Notes: a model not told the origin generated them from the letters alone. A DNA stretch of 64,000 bases from an uncultured Pseudomonadota bacterium (GCA_963739205.1 CAVTZJ010000005.1:851819-915818); one strand, 5' to 3'. Positions 51,797 through 61,927 are shown, counted from the stretch's first letter. Numbers and translations: made by a program.

Positions 51797-54700
51797 TTAG
51801 AAGGGAATAGACAGCTTGACCGTACCACTGTTGGATTTCAGGTGGTCAGAGAAACTCCCAAAGTAACCCACCTGCAGAATTTGCCCTTTGTTGTTCAGCA
51901 CTGTCAGGCCGATGTGGACGTCCGCATAGGTCTTGTCCATTTCGCCTTTGACCGTGAACGGGGCAGCACCCACCGGCGCACCCTGGAAGGTGGCCGTGAT
52001 CTCGGGTGAGGTTCCCGAGAGGAATTGGGTGATGCCGAGCTTCGCGTAGGGCCGCAGCAGCAGCCCGTTCTCGAGGCTCGTCTCGCCACCGATTTCAAGC
52101 GCCGGCGTCAAATTGACGTAGGTCTCGTCGCGCCTCGCGACATTGAGGTTGGCGGCGCCCGCCCCGGTCTCCTGGAATCCGGGGAACCACGCCTGCGTGA
52201 CGCCAAGGTCGATCAGCGGTTTGACATACCAGTTGACCCCTTGCTCGTACGCATGGGCAAGCCGCAAGTGGCCCGAAACGAACTCCACATCCTGATTGCT
52301 TTTCGCCGTCACGCCCGGCCCAGGGAGATTCACATAGCGGGCAGTATCGTAATTGCCGTATCCGGCACTAAGATCGGCGGCAAGGGAAGTCGCCCCGTAT
52401 TCCTTCTTTACGATCGCGCCGATTTGAATCTGATCGCCGGACGTACTGGCGTCTTGCTCGACATCCAAGGTGCTGTACTCGTAGGACAAGCCGAATCCGC
52501 CATGCCAGCTGCCGTCGCCGAAAGCCCGCTGCGCCCCAGTGGACAGGTTGACTGACCGGCGGTCGAAGCCCATGTTCTCGGCCGTCCGCTCCTGGTTGGC
52601 CTCACCGCCCATCAGCCGGAACCAGTCACACTCGCCTTCGCGCACGAATCGATTTGAACCGTCAGGCACACCGCAGCTGTGCAGCGCGTCACTGAACCCG
52701 ATATTCGAGAACAGCGTTCCCGTGGCCGTACCAAGGTAAGGCTCGGGGCTTAAGCGATCGTAGGCGTCGCCAAGGCTGCGCGCATCCGGCAGGTCGAGTA
52801 GTGCAGCAACAATGGGCGCCAGACGTGATGAGCCTCCCGCCGACTGAAAATCAGTAACGTTATGACCGATCGCGCTCTGATTCGCGCTCAGCCCTGCGGG
52901 CGAAAAGTCGATGCTGTAGCCTAGAACCACATCGGTCGGATCAGGAAATAGCAGCTGGTACTGAATAACGGCCGAGGGCCGGGCATCAATGCCGAGACCG
53001 GAATTGGCGACACCTCCGGAAGCGGACAGTATGGTGAGCCGATGAACGCCGGGCATGACATAGCCGACATTCACGTTGTTCGGTTGCACCTTGCCGGCAA
53101 GACCGGCGGTCCCGGAAACGTCAAGCCGGTCTGCCATACCGCTCGCGTGATCCAGATCCACAGCATAGATCCCCGTCACCGTCTGAGTCAGGCTGCCGCT
53201 GACGGAGGTGGTCATGACGGTCCGCGCACCGCCGGGCGACACTACGCCCTCGTTGGTCAGAAGATTTCCGGCGCCGAGGCTCACCCCAGCTCCGGAATTG
53301 AACGTCGCGGCGCGTTCGTTGTGGAACGAGTTGAGGCCGGTGCCGAGATCGACCGAGCCGGTGACCGTGCCGTAGTTGTCGATGGCTTCGTTGCCGGAAT
53401 TGGCGACGATCGCGCGGCCCTGAACGCCCGGTACCGAGGTGATGATGCCGTGGTTGACCAGGCTGTTGGCTGCGCCGCCTGAAAAGGCGACGCCCGCGCC
53501 GGTTCCGCTGCCACCCGAGACGATGCCGTCGTTGACGGCGATGGTGATGTTGCCGTTGCCGCCGCCCCCGCCGCTCTGCGCGTAGATGCCGTCGGCATTC
53601 TTGCCCGAGGCGGTGATGGAGCCGTGGAGCGTGATGTCGACGTTCCCCGCGGTCCCTTGGCCGGCTGCGCTCTGCGCAAACAGGCCGTGGGCGCCATCTC
53701 CCGTCGTCTCGATCGTGCCGGTGTGGTTAACGACGACGTGCCCCGCCGTGCCCGCGCCGCCGACACTGCCGGCGAAGCTGAGGCCGGCTTCGGTGTCGAC
53801 GAAGGTGTTGAAGATCGAATTGACGATCTCGTTGCTGGTCACGCCTTGCGGGTTGTAGAAGCCGGCCAGGCCGCCGCCGCCCGCGACGCTTTGCGCGACC
53901 ACGCCCATGGCGAAATCGCCGGAGGTCCTGATGCGGCCGGTGCTGTTGAGCGTCACGTCGCCGCCGTTGCCGCCCGCACCGCCGCTGCCCTGCAGGGTCA
54001 TCGACAGGTTGGTCAGGCCGGAGATGTCGTCGAGCACCGGGATCTCGGGCACGACGTCCGCGTTAGAGAACTGGAATGTCATGGCGCTGCCGCCGGAACC
54101 GCCGCCGCCGCCCACGCTCTGCGCGACGATGCCGTGCGAGAAGGCCCCGGTCGTCGTCACGTTGCTTTCGTTGGTCACCGTGACGTTGCCGCCGTGGCTG
54201 CCGGTGCCGCCGGTACCGCCAAAGACCATCGTCATGTCGAGGCTCGTGAGCGAGGTCAGCGGCATGAAGTCCATTGGGTCGGCGGTGAGCTCGACCTGGA
54301 TGCTGCGGGCGTCGCCGCCGGTGCCGCCCGAGCCACCGACGCTCTGCGCCATGACGCCCGCGGCGAATTTTCCGTCGGTGCGGATGGTGCCGGTATTGTT
54401 GACCACGACGTCGCCGCCGGTTGCGCCGTTGCCGCCGTTGCCGCCGATCGCGAGATCGAAATTGCCGCTTGGCGACGGAATGAAGTCCTCCGGCGCGGTG
54501 GGCGGAGGCGTGAGCGACAGGGAGAAGTTGGTCGCATTGCCGCCGGCGCCGCCACCGCCGCCGACGCTTTGCGCGAACACGCCGTTGGAGAAGTCGCCCT
54601 GCGTGTGAATCACGCCGCCGTTTCCGACGGTGACCTTGTTGCCGGTGCCGCCTTGGCCGCCCGACCCGCCGACAGCCACCTTGCCGGTGAAGGTGGCGTC

Positions 54701-57700
54701 GTACGAGAGGGAGATGTTCGTCGCATTACCGCCCTTGCCGCCGCTGCCGCCCACGCTTTGCGCGAAGACGCCGTTGGACATGAAATTGGTGGTATCGATC
54801 TCGCCGCCATTGGTGACCGTGACCGTGTTCGCCACGCCGCCGCCACCACCGCGACCGCCGACCGCAACGTTGACCGAAATCGCGGGGATCTGGACGTCTT
54901 CGATCTCGATCGGGAACACGAGCGTGCCGGTCGTGGCGCTGCCGCCCGCGCCGCCGCTGCCGCCGATGCTCTGCGCGAAGACACCGTCGCTGTTCGGCCC
55001 CGTGGCCGCGATGCGCCCCTGGTTGTCGACGCTGACCTGGCCGCCGTTGCCGCCCGAGCCGCCGTTGCCGCCGACCGCCACGGCCACCGCCACCGGCCCC
55101 GCCAGCGAAAGGCTGGTCGCATCGCCGCCCGAGCCGCCGCCGCCGCCGACGCTCTGCGCGAAGACGCCGGCCGAGTTGTTGCCCTGCGTCGCGATCAGGC
55201 CGCTGTTCACGATGTTGACCAGGCTGCCATCGTTGCCGGCGCCGCCGGCGCCGCCGACCGTGGTCGTGACGGATGCCACGCCGATGCTGCCCGCAAACGC
55301 GGAGCCGCCGTTGCCGCCGCCCCCGCCGATGCTTTGCGCGAAGATGCCCGCTGCGCTCTCTCCGCCCGTTGCGATCGTGCCGGAGTTGGTGATGCCTATC
55401 TGACCGGCGGCGCCGCCGCTGCCGCCGGAGCCGCCGAGACTGACGCCGACCGAAGTACCGCCGACGGCCAGGCTGCCGGCGAAGCCGCCGTTGCCCCCGC
55501 CGCCGCCGATGCTTTGCGTGAAGATCCCCGCGGAAAGATCGCCCGTCGTGGCGATCGTCCCCGCGTTGTCGATGCTCACGTTCTTGCCGCTGCCGGCGAC
55601 GTTGCCCTTGCCGCCGACGCTGACGGCCACGCTGAGGCCGGGGCCGCCCGAGCCCGAGAGCGCCATGCCGCCGTTGCCGCCGCCGCCGCCGATGCTCTGG
55701 GCCATGATTCCGTACGACCCGTTGCCGCTGGTGCCGATCGTCGTCGCGCTGTCGGTCTTGACCTCGACGAGGTCGCCGGCGTCGCCGCCGCCACCGCCGT
55801 TGCCGCCCAGGGCGACCGATACGTTGATGGTCGAGCCTCCCGGGGGCGTCCCGGCGACGGCCAGGCCGCCGTTGCCCCCGCCACCGCCGATCGACTGCGC
55901 CTGAATGCCGGGCGAACTGTCGCCGGCTGTTTCGATGTCGCCGCCCTGCGCGGTGACGTGAACCTCGTCGCCCTTTCCACCCAAGCCGCCGGCACCGCCC
56001 ACGGCGACGCTGACCGTCGAAGAAATGGAAACCGCGTCTCCGCCGTTGCCCCCGCCGCCGCCGATCGACTGGGCGAAGATGGCCGTCGAACGGTCGCCGC
56101 CGGTCCGGACCTTGCCGGAATCAAACACCGTGACCACGCCGGAGCCGCCCCCGGAACCGCCCCGGCCGCCAACCGTAAACCAGCCGCCGGCCCCGCCGCC
56201 GTCGCCGCCGCCGCCCCCGATCGATTGCGCGAGGATGCCGAAGGAATCGGAGTTCTGCGTCGTGACCGTGCCGCTGTTGTTGACCGTCACCGCGGCGCCG
56301 TTGGATTCGCCGCCGCCGTTGCCGCCTTCCGCGTAGATCCCGCTCGAACTGCTCCCAGAACCAGCACCGGCACCGACACTGCTCGCGTAGATTCCATGAG
56401 CGTTCCAGCCGGTGGTCAGAATGGTGCCCTGGTTGACGACGAGGACGTCGCCGGCATCGCCGCCGTTTCCTCCGTCGCTGCCGAGTGCAACCGCGGCGCT
56501 CGCATGGCCGCCACTTCCGCCATTGCCGCCCCGGCTCAAGGCGAATACGCCGTCGCCCTTGTCCCCGTGTGTGGTGATATTCGAATTCGCGCCGAGCAAG
56601 ACCGACACCAGTGCGCTGTCGCCGCCGTCGCCGCCTCCTCCCGCAGAGGACACGAGGCCTACGAAACCGCCGCCGTCGCCGCCGGTACCACCCTGGCTGA
56701 TGGCCGTGATCCCGTTTTTCCCTTTGGCATCACCATTCACGATGATGGTTGAGTTGCTGTTTACCGCAACCGAGCCCGCGTTGCCCCCGCGAGAACCGTC
56801 GTCACACCATGTGTAAAGGAACAGGATTGTGTAGCAGTGGCCGTTGCCGCCATTGCCGCCGGTCGAGCTCACGACAATGCCTCCTGCATTGGTAGTGCCG
56901 AAGGGAGCGCCTTGCGACGAAGCACCGGCGTTGTTGTTGACCGTCAGGCTGCCGCTGATGGCGGCTCCGCTATCCGGTGCATTACCCGCCAGGTATTGGG
57001 CGAGTTCCGTGCCGCTGTATGTGACCGCGTCGGGCCCTGTGCCGATCCTGAAAGTCTCAGGATGTTGGTTGGCATCGTACGTTACAACCGTAATATAGCC
57101 GCCGTTGATCAGGTAGGGCGTATTGCCGTCCATCGACACCACGTCGACCGCGGGGGTGTTGGAGTCGTTATCCGTATCCCACTTGATGGTCGTGAGATCG
57201 GCGTCGGGGGCGGCCGCGCCGCTCACGCCGGTACGTGAAAGCTCGATGCCGATCGTGCCCGGATTGACAACCGTCGTGCCAGGCACGCCGTCGCCCACGT
57301 TCACGGTGGTGACGCCGCTGGTATAGCGGACGCCGCCGGGGCCTACGTCGGCACAGTTCGCAGTCGGACTCCCGGAACACGAGGCATTGACCTGCGCTTC
57401 GACCTCGCGCACGCCGCTCGCCGCGTAGGTAAGCGCCGCTGCGCCCAGCGTGGCTCCAAAATCCGCGACGCCGCCGCTCAACGCAAAGATAAGCGCCGCG
57501 GTAAGCGACCCGAGGCGCATCGGGATTGCTCGCAGCCGCTCGCCGACATTCAAGAACATCATGAAGATATTCAGCGTGCTTGGCGGCGCAGTGACGTTGA
57601 TCCCTGCTGATTGGTCGCCTTGGCAATCGCTCCCGACACAGGCGTCGTGGCCTGCGAGGCGAGTGCCCGAAAGAGCAGCGAAGACCGCTAGGACATATGG

Positions 57701-57739
57701 CTTGAGCGCATGCTGCTGAAGGGCAATTGAGCGGAGCAT
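51797..57739 (-). CDS. Large glycine-rich repeat autotransporter (type Va)
   Basis: About 15 GxxAQSxGGGGGxGG repeats, a linker (AYDRLSPEPY) and a C-terminal beta-barrel ending in KLSIPF (terminal Phe). Confidence 0.9.
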   Translation of the reverse strand: MLRSIALQQHALKPYVLAVFAALSGTRLAGHDACVGSDCQGDQSAGINVTAPPSTLNIFMMFLNVGERLRAIPMRLGSLTAALIFALSGGVADFGATLGAAALTYAASGVREVEAQVNASCSGSPTANCADVGPGGVRYTSGVTTVNVGDGVPGTTVVNPGTIGIELSRTGVSGAAAPDADLTTIKWDTDNDSNTPAVDVVSMDGNTPYLINGGYITVVTYDANQHPETFRIGTGPDAVTYSGTELAQYLAGNAPDSGAAISGSLTVNNNAGASSQGAPFGTTNAGGIVVSSTGGNGGNGHCYTILFLYTWCDDGSRGGNAGSVAVNSNSTIIVNGDAKGKNGITAISQGGTGGDGGGFVGLVSSAGGGGDGGDSALVSVLLGANSNITTHGDKGDGVFALSRGGNGGSGGHASAAVALGSDGGNGGDAGDVLVVNQGTILTTGWNAHGIYASSVGAGAGSGSSSSGIYAEGGNGGGESNGAAVTVNNSGTVTTQNSDSFGILAQSIGGGGGDGGGAGGWFTVGGRGGSGGGSGVVTVFDSGKVRTGGDRSTAIFAQSIGGGGGNGGDAVSISSTVSVAVGGAGGLGGKGDEVHVTAQGGDIETAGDSSPGIQAQSIGGGGGNGGLAVAGTPPGGSTINVSVALGGNGGGGGDAGDLVEVKTDSATTIGTSGNGSYGIMAQSIGGGGGNGGMALSGSGGPGLSVAVSVGGKGNVAGSGKNVSIDNAGTIATTGDLSAGIFTQSIGGGGGNGGFAGSLAVGGTSVGVSLGGSGGSGGAAGQIGITNSGTIATGGESAAGIFAQSIGGGGGNGGSAFAGSIGVASVTTTVGGAGGAGNDGSLVNIVNSGLIATQGNNSAGVFAQSVGGGGGSGGDATSLSLAGPVAVAVAVGGNGGSGGNGGQVSVDNQGRIAATGPNSDGVFAQSIGGSGGAGGSATTGTLVFPIEIEDVQIPAISVNVAVGGRGGGGGVANTVTVTNGGEIDTTNFMSNGVFAQSVGGSGGKGGNATNISLSYDATFTGKVAVGGSGGQGGTGNKVTVGNGGVIHTQGDFSNGVFAQSVGGGGGAGGNATNFSLSLTPPPTAPEDFIPSPSGNFDLAIGGNGGNGATGGDVVVNNTGTIRTDGKFAAGVMAQSVGGSGGTGGDARSIQVELTADPMDFMPLTSLTSLDMTMVFGGTGGTGSHGGNVTVTNESNVTTTGAFSHGIVAQSVGGGGGSGGSAMTFQFSNADVVPEIPVLDDISGLTNLSMTLQGSGGAGGNGGDVTLNSTGRIRTSGDFAMGVVAQSVAGGGGLAGFYNPQGVTSNEIVNSIFNTFVDTEAGLSFAGSVGGAGTAGHVVVNHTGTIETTGDGAHGLFAQSAAGQGTAGNVDITLHGSITASGKNADGIYAQSGGGGGNGNITIAVNDGIVSGGSGTGAGVAFSGGAANSLVNHGIITSVPGVQGRAIVANSGNEAIDNYGTVTGSVDLGTGLNSFHNERAATFNSGAGVSLGAGNLLTNEGVVSPGGARTVMTTSVSGSLTQTVTGIYAVDLDHASGMADRLDVSGTAGLAGKVQPNNVNVGYVMPGVHRLTILSASGGVANSGLGIDARPSAVIQYQLLFPDPTDVVLGYSIDFSPAGLSANQSAIGHNVTDFQSAGGSSRLAPIVAALLDLPDARSLGDAYDRLSPEPYLGTATGTLFSNIGFSDALHSCGVPDGSNRFVREGECDWFRLMGGEANQERTAENMGFDRRSVNLSTGAQRAFGDGSWHGGFGLSYEYSTLDVEQDASTSGDQIQIGAIVKKEYGATSLAADLSAGYGNYDTARYVNLPGPGVTAKSNQDVEFVSGHLRLAHAYEQGVNWYVKPLIDLGVTQAWFPGFQETGAGAANLNVARRDETYVNLTPALEIGGETSLENGLLLRPYAKLGITQFLSGTSPEITATFQGAPVGAAPFTVKGEMDKTYADVHIGLTVLNNKGQILQVGYFGSFSDHLKSNSGTVKLSIPF

Positions 57740-58452
57740 GATGAGATCCCCCTATCGGAATCACCGCCCGCGGCACCTCGCAAGGCTATTGAGCCTGCCG
57801 CGCCCCCTATTCGATCGCGCCCATTGCGCGCGAATAGCCGGACGAGATTCTCACCGATGACACTGCAGCGAACTTGCGTGCGTCCGCGAGACGAGCAATC
57901 ACCGCTAGAAGGACTGTCCGTCATAGTAGATTTGTCCTCTTGCAGGCGCTCTTTTTATCGAATAACTGCCGAACTAGGAGGGAAAGCTAACTCATTAGAA
58001 ACTTCACCGTTTGATGCGCATCAAGGCATGTGATGAAAGACCACGAGGTCAGCTAAGCCAAGCCTCGCGGAGTGCTTCTCGTGCTCCCCCCATGCGCCAT
58101 CTGCGGACAAGTTGTCCCACAGGCACGAGCAACCCGCCTCGGCGACAGAGCGTCACACCTAGTTAACGAGGCGCGAGACGATGAGTCAGTCCCCTGGCAA
58201 TGTCGAGCAAGTGGAATCAGCGCCATCCATGCTTAAGTTCGGCCGAGATCAGACCTGAAAACGGAGGCCGGCTAATCGGGAGGCCACGCTACTAGCGTCG
58301 CGCGAGCGGGCCAAGGCGCGTTACCACGGAGCGCGACTGGCAATAGCAGAGAATGCTACGCGAGAGCTTAGTGACTACTTAACCTGGCCACCAATTGCCC
58401 GCAGGGTCGCGACGATACCCGCTTAGCAGTTGCATCTTCGCCGTGGAACTGG

Positions 58453-58480
58453 ATGTCCGCTGTCGACCCGAAGCGGACAT
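58453..58480 (-). repeat. 28-bp 11-6-11 pseudo-palindrome, copy A
   Basis: Minus strand: ATGTCCGCTTC-GGGTCG-ACAGCGGACAT. Confidence 0.75.
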
Positions 58481-58571
58481 TCCCACAAAAGGCAACTCGA
58501 CTGAACAGCTCCATCGGTTCTCAGGTTGCCGGTGTCGTGTACGCTCTATTTATGCGAATAGAATTCATCAT

Positions 58572-59153
58572 ATGAATTCCGCAATTCTTCTGTTGCTTCG
58601 CTATAGGCGGTTGTTGGGCGTCCTGCTGTTTCTGGGTGTGTTGATGGCTGTCTTCGAGGCCTCCGGCCTTAGGGATCACTTCAGCCTTCAGTTCCTGCAG
58701 CATCGGATATCGGAGAACAAGTTCAGCGGAATTTTGATCTTTGTGCTTCTGTTTGCCTTAGGCAACTTCATCCATATCCCGGGCTTGGTCTTTCTTGCGG
58801 CAGCCGTACTGACCTTGGGGAAAACCATGGGCGCTGTGGTCACGTACATTGCGGCGAGCGTCTCATGCGTCGTGACATTCCTGAGCATTCGATACGTGGG
58901 CGGCGATGCGCTGCGGCAGCTAGACAATAGACTTGCCGCCAGAATTTTCAGTCATCTGGATGCACGGCCGATAACAAGCATTTTCATGCTGCGGACCTTG
59001 TTTCAGACTATGCCCGCGCTCAATTACGCTCTTGCAATGTCGGGCCTTAAGTTTCGGCAATATCTGGCCGGCACACTGCTGGGACTTCCCTTGCCCATCG
59101 TCTTGTATTGCCTACTTGTTGGCTATCTGGGCCAAATTCTGAGGACCCAATAG
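58572..59153 (+). CDS. TVP38/TMEM64 (DedA/VTT domain) membrane protein
   Basis: Very hydrophobic, with HIPG, RYVGG, LNYALAMSG and YLAGTLLG; codon use is AT-richer than the core genes. Confidence 0.8.
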   Translation: MNSAILLLLRYRRLLGVLLFLGVLMAVFEASGLRDHFSLQFLQHRISENKFSGILIFVLLFALGNFIHIPGLVFLAAAVLTLGKTMGAVVTYIAASVSCVVTFLSIRYVGGDALRQLDNRLAARIFSHLDARPITSIFMLRTLFQTMPALNYALAMSGLKFRQYLAGTLLGLPLPIVLYCLLVGYLGQILRTQ

Positions 59154-59247
59154 CTGGGCAACAACAGTCAGGACAGGGTCGAGAAAGCTCTCACGGATGA
59201 ACGTCCCCCCGTGGAGAGCTAGCTAAATAGGCGATAAGACTTGGTGC

Positions 59248-59275
59248 GTGACCGCTTCTGGTCGATAGCGGAAAT
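59248..59275 (+). repeat. 28-bp 11-6-11 pseudo-palindrome, copy B
   Basis: GTGACCGCTTC-TGGTCG-ATAGCGGAAAT; 23/28 identical to copy A and inverted relative to it. Confidence 0.7.
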
Positions 59276-59465
59276 TAGAGGGCGGCACGCGCGAAGAACG
59301 CAGCGCGAGTCAGGATCCTGAAAGGGCACAAAAAGAAACTGATTGCAGTTGCGCGCGTACTTTCCCTCAGTCGACTCTTGACCGGATTCGACGCAGGCGG
59401 CTAAATCCTCCGCAGGCTCGGTGACGACGGGGGAAAGAGCCATGTGCTGCGGATTCAGACGTCAA

Positions 59466-60590
59466 ATGCGGTTGCGCCTGGTGGCCGGCGCGGCGCTTCT
59501 TTGGTCGGCATTCGCGGCGGGACAGACCCCGGGAGTCACCGCAACCAGCGTGGTCCTCGGCGAATCCGCCGCCTTCTCCGGGCCGGCCGCACAGCTTGGG
59601 ATCCAGATGCGCGACGGCATGAAGCTGTACTTCGACCAGGTCAACGCGCAGGGCGGCGTATACGGGCGCAAGATCGCGCTGGTGACGCGCGACGATGGCT
59701 ACGAGCCTAACCGGGCCGCCGAGAACACGCACAAGCTGATCGAGAACGACAAGGTGTTTGCGCTCATCGGCTACGTGGGTACGCCGACCAGCCAGGCGGC
59801 CCTGCCGATCTTCACCGAGGCGAAGGTGCCGTTCATCGGAGCGTTCACTGGCGCCGAACTGCTGCGCAAGCCGTTCAACCGCTACATCTTCAATGTGCGG
59901 GCGAGCTATTACGACGAGACCGACCAGATCGTCGAGCAGCTCTTGACGGTGGGCATCAAGCGCTTCGCCGTCTTCTACCAGAACGACGCTTACGGCCAGG
60001 CAGGGCTGACCGGTGTGCAACTTGCGGTGAAGAAGCGCGGCGGGGACATCGTTGCGCTCGGCACGGTCGAGCGCAATACCGTCGACGTCGCCAAGGCGGT
60101 GAAGGAAATCGAGCCGAAGCACCCCGACGCGATCATCATGATCAGCGCCTACAAGTCGATCGCCGCCTTCATCCGGGAAATGAAGAAGCTCGACTACAGG
60201 GGACAGTTCCTGAACGTGTCCTTCGTAGGCAGCACCGCGCTCGCTCACGAGCTGGGCGACGAAGGGCGCGGCGTGGTGATCTCTCAGGTCGTCCCGTTTC
60301 CGTGGGGCGAATCGACGCCGGTCATCGCCGAGTTCAACGCGCTGGCCGCGCGGAACAAGGTCAACGTCAACTTCTCGAGCGTCGAGGGCTACCTGGTCGC
60401 CAAGGTGTTCGTCGAGGGTCTACGCCGCGCCGGCAAGAACCTGAGCCGCGAGAGCCTGATCAGGGGCCTGGAGACGATGTCGGACTTCGATCTCGGCGGC
60501 TTCAACGTAAGCTTCACACCGACCGATCACAACGGGTCGTCCTACGTCGACCTGACGATCATCACCCGCGACGAGAAATTCCTGCATTAG
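59466..60590 (+). CDS. ABC transporter substrate-binding protein (branched-chain amino acid, PBP1 type), orphan
   Basis: Signal peptide, DDGYEP, GYVGTPT, NVRASY and YQNDAYG; no permease genes adjacent. Confidence 0.88.
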   Translation: MRLRLVAGAALLWSAFAAGQTPGVTATSVVLGESAAFSGPAAQLGIQMRDGMKLYFDQVNAQGGVYGRKIALVTRDDGYEPNRAAENTHKLIENDKVFALIGYVGTPTSQAALPIFTEAKVPFIGAFTGAELLRKPFNRYIFNVRASYYDETDQIVEQLLTVGIKRFAVFYQNDAYGQAGLTGVQLAVKKRGGDIVALGTVERNTVDVAKAVKEIEPKHPDAIIMISAYKSIAAFIREMKKLDYRGQFLNVSFVGSTALAHELGDEGRGVVISQVVPFPWGESTPVIAEFNALAARNKVNVNFSSVEGYLVAKVFVEGLRRAGKNLSRESLIRGLETMSDFDLGGFNVSFTPTDHNGSSYVDLTIITRDEKFLH

Positions 60591-60762
60591 GCGCTGGGCC
60601 CCCCGATAGCGGTCATCATGCGAGTCGCATCCTGCGCTGCACGCCCAGCAGCTCATACGGGCCGCGCCGATCGTCAAAGAGTGCAAAGCGCGGCCTGATT
60701 CTTAGCCTTATCGTTGGCTGGCGTGATTGGATGCACGGTACGCAGCCTCAGCGAGTGCGACC

Positions 60763-61095
60763 ATGGACTCACCCGACGTCGAGCTATTCCTTAGCATGGT
60801 AAAGGATCTAGACCTAGAGCTCGACAAGTGCCTATCCGGAGTATCGAAACCTCTCGAGGCGGCCGCTCTCATCCTTGAGACCTGTCAACGGATGCGTGCG
60901 AAGGAACTCACGGGCCCGATCCACTATTTGCTAGGCGCTATCGAGCAACACGCAAGGCGGATCAGCAGCCCGAACAAGCGCCCAGAGACCGATGCGCGGT
61001 TCCTCGGATCTGACACGTATTGGAGCATCCGGCTACGTAAAGATATCCACGCCCTGCGCGGGCAGCTAATGAGCGCGCAAAACGCCGTCAATTAG
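60763..61095 (+). CDS. Hypothetical protein
   Basis: 110-aa helical-looking ORF with no recognised motif. Confidence 0.45.
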   Translation: MDSPDVELFLSMVKDLDLELDKCLSGVSKPLEAAALILETCQRMRAKELTGPIHYLLGAIEQHARRISSPNKRPETDARFLGSDTYWSIRLRKDIHALRGQLMSAQNAVN

Positions 61096-61182
61096 GAGGC
61101 GCGTCGTGGATCAGATTGTTCTGCGGGGATCCGTAACGACCCATGGCGCGCCAGAAAGTCTCATCGGTACTCTCGGGCGCGA

Positions 61183-61611
61183 ATGAAGATCTTCTTGGAC
61201 TTCGACGGCGTGCTTCGCCGCGAGTCGTCGCCGAACGCGAGGTTGGACGCCGATTGCGTTCGCACTTTCGGGTCGGCTGTGCTGTCGCACCCAGACGTGC
61301 CCGTGGTGATTACGTCGACGTGGCGCTTGGTGCAACCGCTTGACGCGCTGCGCTCCCTGTTCCCCACGGAATTGAGGGCGAGAATCGAGGGTGCGACCCC
61401 CGACTTTCCCGAGGTCGAGGGCTATCCCCGTCACGCCGAAATCCAAGCGTATCTCGCAGTGCATGCTGCGCGCGGCACTCGCTGGATTGCGATTGACGAC
61501 GACGCTGAGCAATATCAACGCGGCGCTCCGCTGATCCTGGTTAACGCGGCAACTGGGTTTGACGAGCCGTGCGCGCAGCGGCTGCGCAATTGGCTAGCGT
61601 ACGGGCACTAG
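61183..61611 (+). CDS. HAD domain protein (Swiss Army Knife RNA repair-like, HAD_SAK_2)
   Basis: IFLDFDGVL, VITSTWR, R..EI..YL and WIAIDD. Confidence 0.82.
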   Translation: MKIFLDFDGVLRRESSPNARLDADCVRTFGSAVLSHPDVPVVITSTWRLVQPLDALRSLFPTELRARIEGATPDFPEVEGYPRHAEIQAYLAVHAARGTRWIAIDDDAEQYQRGAPLILVNAATGFDEPCAQRLRNWLAYGH

Positions 61612-61720
61612 ACACGCGCTCCCGGAAATGGCTGCAGACGCGGCTCAGCTAAATTGGGTCAGCGGACAAGTCGACCAATCTGAAGGGCGAGACTAGAGTG
61701 AGTCGAAAATCGGACAATCG

Positions 61721-61876
61721 ATGGCAATCCTCGATCCGCTGAAGTACTGCTTTCATGGCCAGCACTGCATGCCACGCGCTGGCTTCCGGCTCCTGCCAGG
61801 ACTGAAGGCGAAGCGCGCGGTGTGCGCTCAGTGCTACGCCAAGATCATGGCCGATCGCACGCAGAAAAGACGCTGA
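61721..61876 (+). CDS. 51-aa basic Cys/His microprotein, putative zinc-binding
   Basis: Manual translation gives MAILDPLKYCFHGQHCMPRAGFRLLPGLKAKRAVCAQCYAKIMADRTQKRR. It is below the ORF-track cutoff. Confidence 0.5.
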   Translation: MAILDPLKYCFHGQHCMPRAGFRLLPGLKAKRAVCAQCYAKIMADRTQKRR

Positions 61877-61927
61877 GGCCATATTCGGTCCGTTAGTCGC
61901 CCCGCGCCGCGCCGACTACGCAGTCGA

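Noticed and set aside
53624-56752. 1042-aa plus-strand ORF
   Set aside because: It is the antisense shadow of the GC-rich autotransporter repeats and has no protein-like motifs.
58371-58402. Further very degenerate copies of the 28-bp element (also near 59172-59199 and 63361-63388)
   Set aside because: Only one arm or the GGGTCG core matches, which is too weak to call without a PWM scan.
57760-58450. Short ORFs upstream of the autotransporter
   Set aside because: They have no motifs and atypical composition; this is probably regulatory or decayed island DNA.
61649-61882. 77-aa minus-strand ORF
   Set aside because: It overlaps the more protein-like 51-aa plus-strand Cys/His ORF and has no recognisable features.
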